NCBI RefSeq assembly: GCF_006345805.1
Contig: NW_021829318.1
Coordinates: forward strand, 1-6,230
Direction: 5' to 3'
From: Octopus sinensis
Lineage: Eukaryota
DNA: 6,230 nt
Part shown: in pieces, positions 1 to 6,230 of the stretch
Numbering within the stretch: the first letter of the stretch is position 1
How the letters are laid out: every line of letters starts with the position of its first letter
Program-made: the position numbers and the translations under genes
The notes under the pieces: model-generated
What the model was told of the DNA's origin: nothing
The model's database searches: none
What the model saw: the letters and a program-made list of their open reading frames with translations, nothing else

Positions 1-60
1 TATATATAATATATATATATAATTATATATATATATATATATATATAGGTATATATATAT
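1..60. repeat. (TA)n microsatellite, imperfect, running off the window start
   Basis: Almost pure TA dinucleotide with a few interruptions. Confidence 0.95.
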
Positions 61-138
61 TGTGTACGTATGTTTGTGTATATGGTGTGTTGTCTGTGTT
101 TGTCGCCTCATCATTGCCTGACACCGATGTTGGGGTGT

Positions 139-327
139 TTAGCACGCCGGGCGAAATGCTTAGCGGTATTTGTCTGCCGTTACGTTCTGAGTTCAAATTC
201 CGCCAAGGTCGACTTTGCCTTTCATCCTTGCGATATCGATAAAATAATTATCACTTGCGCATTGGGGATTGACATAACGGACTTGCACTCGGCCCTGAAA
301 TTGCTGGCCTTGTCCCAAAATTTGAAT
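139..327 (+). mobile_element. tRNA-headed SINE copy lacking the first ~23 nt of the head, with an alternative 3' tail
   Basis: 139-229 aligns to 2722-2813 with 4 substitutions and 1 gap and includes the B-box-like GAGTTCAAATTCC. 230-284 aligns only loosely to 2814-2867. The tail CCCTGAAATTGCTGGCCTTGTCCCAAAATTTGAA differs from the other two copies, so the 3' boundary is approximate. Confidence 0.85.
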
Positions 328-1169
328 AGAATTTTATCATCCACTGCAAATTTATTGCAAGTATATCTACATAGAATCTTTTTTGTGGCAATGTGAGCGT
401 TTCACTTTACCGTCTTTGCTGAGTATTGCTTGTCCAGCGCGTCTGGGGCCATGTCGAGAAGACATTAATTATGTGACTACTTGGTCAGTCCAATACCGAC
501 CCGCACAGCATTATCAGTTTCCTTTTTTAGACAATATTTGAGACGATGTTTGCAGAAGACAGGAATCAGAAGAAGCTCAAAGGAAAAAGTTGGCACCTTG
601 CAGGGAAGCGAGAATCACGTTTACAATATCTGATAGAAAGTACTGGAACAGAACGTTCATCAGAGCAATGGCGTGGGAATGTTTATAGAAAAGAAACAAC
701 GCAGATACATTCCAACGATGAGTCAGAGACATCAGATTAGGGAAAAGAGAATCCACGATGCAAAACGATTTTGATTTCCATTAAGAAAGTCAATTACAAA
801 TGTTCGGTTTCTTTTGACAAAAAAAATGGTGGGGCAATCGGGAAATAAACGTTACATTTATTTGTATTGGTCATGTCAAAATATACTTGTGTGCGCAAAA
901 AAGCAGTTGACATGATTCTGCACTGCATTTAACGGAGAGGAGACATTTAAGCGATTGCTGTGGAAAAAACTGCAGACAACAAACAACTAAAATACCATGT
1001 TCCATTCAGCAGTTCATTAACCAGGTATGAACGCATTCACTTTTTTTATGCGACTTGCATCAAGTACATATTAGAGGTACGTATTATATAACATTCCCTA
1101 AGACGTCTTCATCTTGTGCTGTCGTCTTTTTTGCAGTAATCGCCATCTTGATACATAGATTTTTATGGT

Positions 1170-1192
1170 GTATACAACACATGCACATATGC

Positions 1193-1226
<34 letters not shown>

Positions 1227-1376
1227 ATAATAATATACTTATACATGTATGTATATATATATGTATATATATATTTATATATATACACACACATATATAT
1301 ATACATAATATATAATTATACGTATATACATACATATATGTATTCATATGTACGTATATGAAATTATATACATGCA

Positions 1377-1418
<42 letters not shown>

Positions 1419-1658
1419 AGTATGTATGTATATATATGTATGTTATACATTATGTATCTATACATATACATATTATATAATATATACATATATACATACA
1501 TATATGTATTCATATGTACGTATATAAATATATATATATATAGATAGATAGATAGATATATATGTATGTATGTATGTATGCGTACATAATATACAATATA
1601 TACATATATACATACATATATATATACATATGTACGTATATGAAAATATAACATCACT

Positions 1659-1695
<37 letters not shown>

Positions 1696-1770
1696 TATGT
1701 ACATACATAAATATACATATTCATATATATTTGTTATATTTGTATGAGTGTGTATGTGTGTGTGTGTGCA
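1170..1770. repeat. Compound microsatellite field: (TA)n, (CATA)n, (TAGA)n, (TATG)n, (TG)n
   Basis: Examples: (TA)n ~1379-1414, (TAGA)n ~1541-1556, (TATG)5 1561-1580, (TG)n ~1746-1768. Source of the I/Y/C/V-rich spurious ORFs. Confidence 0.95.
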
Positions 1771-1874
1771 TGTCGTAATATGTCATAAGGAAGATTCAAT
1801 TCCCAGTCGCATGTTTGAATATAATGAAGTTAATTTTTCCTGATGAAGCTTCATGTTTTTAGTACAAATATTCC

Positions 1875-1907
<33 letters not shown>

Positions 1908-1915
1908 GAGAGAGA
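1875..1915. repeat. (ATAG)8 followed by (AG)n microsatellite
   Basis: Eight perfect ATAG units at 1875-1906, then AG repeats to 1915. Confidence 0.95.
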
Positions 1916-2371
1916 ATAAAGTGGATGATTTGGGGAAAAAAAGAATGACGGAGAGTGTGAGAGATTGAGGAGAGAATTCGAAAGGAGAAGGGAAAAAAAT
2001 AAACGAAGCTGCATACAAATGGCAAGAGAGTTCATTTGGTGGACAAACAAACAATACGATTTTCTAATCGATTCTTGTTTCTTCTTTGCTTAACAAATCA
2101 TTAAATTGTTGCGTTTATTTTTGTCTGAGACAACAGGTGCAATGTAAAAGGGGACACAGATGTATAAGGAGAGATGCTGATGGAGTTGTGTGTGAAGGGA
2201 TACATTATATGCGTCTGTATGCAGGTTTTTCTACCTGGGTCTGTAATGTTTGCGTAATAAGCTGAATTGTAATAAAAGACAATCCACCTAAATGCAAAGT
2301 CGTGCAGATTTTTCCATCGGGATTTATGTGTATAGAAGCCTATATATGTGTGTGTGTGTGTATAATTCTTA

Positions 2372-2519
2372 TTTCTTTATTGCCCACAAGGGGCTAAACA
2401 TAGAGGGGACAAACAAGGACAGACAAAGAGATTAAGTCGATTAGATCGACCCCAGTCGGTAACTGGTACTTAATTTATCGACCCCGAAAGGATGAAAGGC
2501 AAAGTCGACATCGACGGAA
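2372..2519 (-). mobile_element. 5'-truncated SINE copy, same family as 2699-2940, with target-site duplication
   Basis: Reverse complement aligns to 2782-2938 with 14 mismatches over 148 nt plus a 9-nt indel. Flanked by direct repeat GTGTATAATTCTTA at 2358-2371 and 2526-2539, which extends to 20 bp with one mismatch (2352-2371 / 2520-2539). Confidence 0.92.
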
Positions 2520-2698
2520 GTGTGGGTGTATAATTCTTAAATTTTTTAAATGTTTCAGCTTCAAAGCTGCGGTCATGCTGGAGACCCACCGTTGACTGAG
2601 CTACACCATAATTTGAAACCTCATCTGATATGTGACACTTAGAAAATGAGGGAGCTTGGTGACGCTGCCTCCATCTGTGTCACCTACCGTGAAGTAGG

Positions 2699-2940
2699 TT
2701 GGCGGATAGCTGGCAGAAACGTTAGCACGCCGCGCGAAACGCTTAGCGGTATTTCGTCTGTCGTTACGTTCTGAGTTCAAATTCCGCCGAGGTCGACTTT
2801 GCCTTTCATCCTTTCGGGGTCGATAAATAAAGTACTAGTTTTGCACTGGCGTCGATGTAATCGACTTAATCGACTTAATCCCTTTGTCTGTCCTTGTTTG
2901 TCCCCTCTATGTTTAGCCCCTTGTGGCTAGTAAAGAAATA
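2699..2940 (+). mobile_element. Apparently full-length tRNA-derived SINE (octopus-type) with perfect 14-bp TSD
   Basis: Direct repeat TACCGTGAAGTAGG at 2685-2698 and 2941-2954. tRNA-like head: GGCGGA 2701-2706 pairs with TCCGCC 2783-2788, A-box-like TGGCAGAAACG 2711-2721, B-box-like GAGTTCAAATTCC 2773-2785. A-rich end TAAAGAAATA. Two further copies are in this window. Confidence 0.93.
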
Positions 2941-2957
2941 TACCGTGAAGTAGGCTA

Positions 2958-3146
2958 GTCTGGAACCCTTGACAGGAAAGGATCCAGTTTTGTTTTAAAG
3001 AAACTTACATCCACAGCATGCAGGTCTTTCAGGCCTTTTGGAAGGATACTGAAGTGCTGTGGGCCCTTGAAATCCAAGCTGTTACAGTATCTTGTCTTGT
3101 ATTTTGATGGCGATGCTGGGATCTTTGACACAATGCAGTGGCGCCA
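2958..3146 (-). pseudogene. 63-codon stop-free remnant of LINE ORF2 C-terminal region, no start codon
   Basis: Manual translation is open from TGG (3146-3144) to GAC (2960-2958), followed by TAG (2957-2955), probably a mutated Glu codon in a VPDEP-like motif. Confidence 0.7.
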
Positions 3147-3261
3147 TGTTGTGTATAAATATATTATGTATGTGGACGCCTGTGTGTATATGTGTATATA
3201 TACATATGTGTGTGTGTAAATATAATTCTATCTAGAATATACAGTAATTGAACATACATAT

Positions 3262-3380
3262 GTATCTTTTATCTTTTACTTGTTTCAATCATTTGACTGC
3301 CGTCATGCTGGGGCACCGCCTTCGGGAACTTAATAATCGAATGAATTGACCTCAGTACGTACTTTCATTTTTATACCTGG
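3262..3380 (-). mobile_element. 3' fragment of a second SINE-like family, with (TAAAAGA)n tail on the minus strand
   Basis: Tandem TATCTTT-type tail at 3263-3279. 3281-3322 shares TGTTTCA-N9-CTGCsGTCATGCTGG with the LINE tail at 2551-2593. TGACCTCAGT 3347-3356 resembles the CGACCCCAGT core of the other SINE (2447-2456). Family identity and the 5' boundary rest partly on recall. Confidence 0.65.
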
Positions 3381-3421
3381 GGTATAAAAAAACATTCCAT
3401 ATATATGTAAAAGTGTATAGC

Positions 3422-3494
3422 GGGTTTGTGACGCAATGGATAACACGTCTGACTACGGATCAGAAGATTCCATGTTCGTATCCTGGCAAACTTG
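3422..3494 (+). tRNA. tRNA-Arg-ACG: tRNA-Arg(ACG), degenerate; probable pseudogene
   Basis: Sequence closely follows metazoan tRNA-Arg(ACG). Intact anticodon arm TCTGA-CTACGGA-TCAGA with anticodon ACG at 3455-3457. Acceptor stem has 5 Watson-Crick and 2 G.U pairs. Lesions: A10.C25 and C11.A24 break the D stem, U52.C62 breaks the T stem, and invariant A58 is T (3479). No encoded CCA. Confidence 0.9.
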
Positions 3495-3502
3495 CAAAGT
3501 AC

Positions 3503-3509
3503 TTTTTTT
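3503..3509 (+). terminator. Pol III terminator (T7) of the tRNA gene
   Basis: Seven Ts start 9 nt after the discriminator base G73 (3494), the typical position for a eukaryotic tRNA terminator. Confidence 0.7.
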
Positions 3510-3565
3510 AAATTCCAATAAATTTATAGGAATTTTACTACGCAGCCACCCTTGTCCCCCATCCA

Positions 3566-3570
<5 letters not shown>

Positions 3571-3598
<28 letters not shown>
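3571..3598. repeat. (TC)14 microsatellite
   Basis: Perfect TC run. Confidence 0.95.
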
Positions 3599-3601
<3 letters not shown>

Positions 3602-4047
3602 GATAAATTGCTATGAAAATGGCCGGATAACTGAAGATATGACGGCGTGTGTTTCCGCCCCGACATCCGAAACTCGGACTTTTAGCATGGCTGCCGAATA
3701 CTTGTCACATATTATATTTACAGATAAATTCCTCTATTTACGTAGTATCGAGGTCTCTTTCTTTCTTTTGTTGTCTTGCCATTTATATCAATATATATAT
3801 TTATATATGTTTATTTTCATATATATACACACTCAATAACACTATAAAAATGGTCAAAATTTTTCCACAAGAACTAAATTCAATTTGAAAACTCCACTAG
3901 AATGGACGAAAGCGCTGATATATGATATATGATGTATAAAAACATGTAATATACAAATAAATATCTGTAAATATAAAACCATCCGAATTACTGAGTACCT
4001 CATTTCTTCTAATATAAAATACCTGTACATCATCTCAAAACCTTCTA

Positions 4048-4063
4048 ATATATATATATATAT

Positions 4064-4103
<40 letters not shown>

Positions 4104-4120
4104 CAGACAGACAGACAGAG
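4048..4120. repeat. Compound (TA)n-(AG)n-(AGAC)n microsatellite
   Basis: Three consecutive near-perfect runs. Confidence 0.95.
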
Positions 4121-4440
4121 CGACTGACTGAAATACGCATCTAAACCCAAAGGCTGACGATATTACGTGGCTTTTCTTCAAGGTTTACCGATAGAGAAAG
4201 GTGAGAGTCGCATAGAATTGTCAAACCTTTGGAGTTAAACGTGTATTGTAATTGCTTGGAATTGATTTAATGTAAAGCAACTGAAGGCGCATAAGTGCTA
4301 CATCAGAGGACGAAAGAAGTCTTAAACAGCGGAAACACGTGTCAGAATGGAATTTGGAACAAATAACTCAATTAATAAATAAACTTTGAAGATGCAAAAT
4401 TCTTCATTCTTCTTTGTGAAGTCTTTTTTATATACTCAGT

Positions 4441-4501
4441 ATGTGTGTGTGTCTGTGTGAGTTAGAGAGGGAGAGAGAGTTGGAGAGAGAGAGAGAGAGA
4501 G
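4441..4501. repeat. (TG)n/(GA)n microsatellite
   Basis: Imperfect TG run followed by interrupted GA run. Confidence 0.85.
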
Positions 4502-4627
4502 TAAGAACGAGTATGCATATGAGAGCGTGTGTGTGTATTTACATTCCTGGGATTTTTATACATATATATGACCTGTATGCAGGTATATATTCTGTGTGTA
4601 CTACACGCACACACTTATTTCAGGCAT

Positions 4628-4838
4628 GCTGTAGCACATCGTGAAGTGTATTTGCCACTTAAATGTGGCTAACACCTAAGGGTGGAGGCTACTGCAGCTT
4701 GTAGCCCCGGGAGGACAGAAAGTGTGTCAATAGCCAGCTGGAGGAGGTGTTCTCCTGGGGCTACAAAGCTATAGTAGCATCCACCCTTAGGGGTTAGCCA
4801 TATTTAAGTGGCAAATATACTTCACTATGTGTTGCAGC
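4628..4838. mobile_element. MITE-like fold-back element: 86/87-bp inverted arms around a 38-nt spacer
   Basis: 4628-4713 versus the reverse complement of 4752-4838: 10 mismatches and 1 gap (~87% identity). No coding capacity. No clear TSD at the outer ends, so superfamily is unassigned. Confidence 0.8.
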
Positions 4839-4872
4839 TATTGTTTATACCTCGCTCAGAGATTTATTATTG

Positions 4873-4886
4873 CTATATATATATAT

Positions 4887-4965
<79 letters not shown>

Positions 4966-5048
4966 TATATATATATTATATATATATACGAATACACTCA
5001 CAAACACACAGACCACACAAACACACACAATCAAACAAACTAACAACT
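4873..5048. repeat. Imperfect (TA)n followed by CA/AAAC-rich low-complexity tract
   Basis: Long TA run to ~4989, then CA-rich sequence. Confidence 0.9.
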
Positions 5049-5429
5049 AAATGCATGGTTAGACCTAATACACCAGCGTATTCCGAAAGGTAACGTGTAA
5101 CAGATAAGTCAAATTATCTCCCGCCTATCTGACTGATGCCATTCCCATTACACCACTTCCGCCTGGCTTCACTGTTATTTGCAGTTTCGGTTGTTGCGTG
5201 TTTGTGGTGATATTAGGTCAAGATGGTAGTGCTTATGATGTTAGTCTTATTGTTTTAGAGATCGTAGTTGTTTGTTTGTTCATTCTGCGGTTTGTTTGTT
5301 GCTGTATACGTGTCTTTTCGTGTTAAGGCAATCATACGTAAAGAGAAGGAACAAACAAACAAAACCTTTTTATGGAATACCGTCTCGCTGTAATTGAAGT
5401 TTGTTTATTTTCTCTTTATCATTAAAAAT

Positions 5430-5489
5430 ATGTGTGCATGTGTGTATGATGTATGAAAGTATATATAAAGCTTTAAATATATAAATGTT

Positions 5490-5534
<45 letters not shown>

Positions 5535-6060
5535 ATGTTTTTAAATATGTGCATATGCGCGCACACACACACACATATATATATATATATACATATATAT
5601 ATATGTATATATATATGTTTACATGTATGAATAATATACGTATATAATACATACAAATAAATGTATACATATACATATATGTACGTATGTATATATAGAT
5701 ATTTATATGTGTGTGTGTGTGTGTGTGTATATATGTATGTATGTATGTATGTATGCATCTATGTATGTAAAGAGAGAGGTAAATAATTAGATACATAGTT
5801 AGATAGACAGATACATACATATATACACACATCCATCCATCCATACGTACATACATACATACATACATGCATAAATACATAAATACATACATATAGCCAT
5901 ACATACATACACCCATACATACACACATACATAATACATACATATACCCATACATACACACATACATACATTCATACATACATGCATACATACATACATA
6001 CATACATACATACATAGACACTTACACACCATCAAATACTTACACATGGTAACTCACACA
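5430..6060. repeat. Compound microsatellite field: (TA)n, (CA)n, (TG)n, (TATG)n/(CATA)n, (ATCC)n
   Basis: Continuous simple-sequence runs. Source of the MYVC-type spurious ORFs. Confidence 0.95.
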
Positions 6061-6092
6061 CGAATACTCACAATCTAAGATTCAATTCGAGC

Positions 6093-6129
6093 TTTATTTA
6101 TTTATTTATTTATTCTTCTTCTTCTTCTT
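6093..6129. repeat. (TTTA)5 followed by (TTC)5 microsatellite
   Basis: Two adjacent perfect short runs. Confidence 0.9.
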
Positions 6130-6230
6130 GCCAGTCTCTAGCGATCATTACTATTTTCGTACTTATCCAAACACCAGCTCCTAGGCATCGGATTCGCTGC
6201 GTGGGTGTGTGTGTAATCACGAACGCTGAA

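Larger units (their letters stand above)
2542..3149 (-). mobile_element. Decayed, 5'-truncated non-LTR retrotransposon (CR1/L2-group LINE): ORF2 C-terminus plus 3' UTR, interrupted by a SINE at 2699-2940
   Basis: Minus frame 3146-2958 reads WRHCIVSKIPASPSKYKTRYCNSLDFKGPQHFSILPKGLKDLHAVDVSFFKTKLDPFLSRVPD, matching the 'N.LP...FK..LD.FL' pattern I recognise at the end of CR1/L2-group ORF2. Removing the SINE and one TSD copy continues the frame (*PTSR*VTQMEAASPSSLIF*). It ends in a CCAGCATGACCGCAG...TGAAACA tail and an A-rich stretch. Clade call is from recall, not an HMM search. Confidence 0.75.

Noticed and set aside
60-396. ORFs 60..242 and 70..396 as protein-coding genes
   Set aside because: They run through a microsatellite edge and a SINE copy, and the peptides have no recognisable domain.
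546-740. 64-aa ORF in unique sequence; faint Tc1-like look of an overlapping frame (LRRCLQKTGIRR)
   Set aside because: Short, no recognisable motif, stops in neighbouring frames and no DDE triad.
1323-1645. CRISPR-like array (37-bp repeats with intervening sequence)
   Set aside because: Repeats and spacers are both microsatellite-derived, spacing is irregular, the context is eukaryotic and there are no cas genes.
1055-2054. I/Y/C/V/S/L-rich ORFs on both strands
   Set aside because: Largely translations of (TA)n, (CATA)n and (GATA)n repeats, which lack stops in some frames.
2658-2959. Helitron-like 3' end: hairpin GGTGAC...GTCACC (2658-2684), then CTAG|T (2955-2959) once the SINE is removed
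   Set aside because: Both lie inside the reading frame of the minus-strand LINE remnant, and CTAG is its mutated codon. The LINE explains the sequence on both sides.
3003-3008. Perfect minus-strand splice donor GAT|GTAAGT, suggesting a host exon at 3009-3146
   Set aside because: The LINE-like frame continues through it (D-V-S-F-F-K-T-K-L-D) and no acceptor with a pyrimidine tract lies upstream.
3631-3680. Hammerhead ribozyme candidates: CTGAAGA...CGAAA here, CTGATGA at 1840, CTGACGA near 4154, GGACGAAA near 3903 and 4308, minus-strand CTGATGA near 657-663
   Set aside because: None has a stem II closing directly between CUGANGA and GAAA together with compatible stems I/III and an NUH site.
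3552-4150. ORFs 3552..3839, 3649..3888 and 3854..4150
   Set aside because: Non-ATG or weak starts, spans of (TC)n/(TA)n/(GA)n repeats and no recognisable homology.
5269-5366. Inverted match between (TTTG)n at 5269-5300 and (AAAC)n at 5350-5366
   Set aside because: The complementarity comes from low-complexity tetranucleotide runs, which are common here.
4441-6047. ORFs between 4441 and 6047, including the 182-aa minus-strand ORF
   Set aside because: Almost entirely microsatellite translations (ERERE, IYIY, MYVC).

Overview
AT-rich, microsatellite-dense eukaryotic non-coding DNA, most likely from an octopus or other coleoid cephalopod. That assignment is my recollection of the SINE family plus the repeat landscape, not a database search. 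No supplied ORF looks like a real gene: nearly all are translations of microsatellites or SINEs, and the rest have no recognisable motif. The window holds: (1) three copies of a tRNA-headed SINE (139-327 +, 2372-2519 -, 2699-2940 +), the last two with clear 14-bp target-site duplications and forming an inverted pair; (2) a 5'-truncated, decayed CR1/L2-group LINE 3' end on the minus strand (~2542-3149), missing from the ORF track and split by one SINE; (3) a fragment of a second SINE-like family (3262-3380 -) whose 3' tail matches the LINE tail; (4) a degenerate tRNA-Arg(ACG) gene (3422-3494) with a Pol III terminator; (5) a 211-bp MITE-like fold-back element (4628-4838). The most interesting signals are the side-by-side LINE/SINE shared tail, the inverted SINE pair, the fold-back element with nested palindromes and a mosaic SINE. 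I found no convincing evidence of a wholly new biological system.
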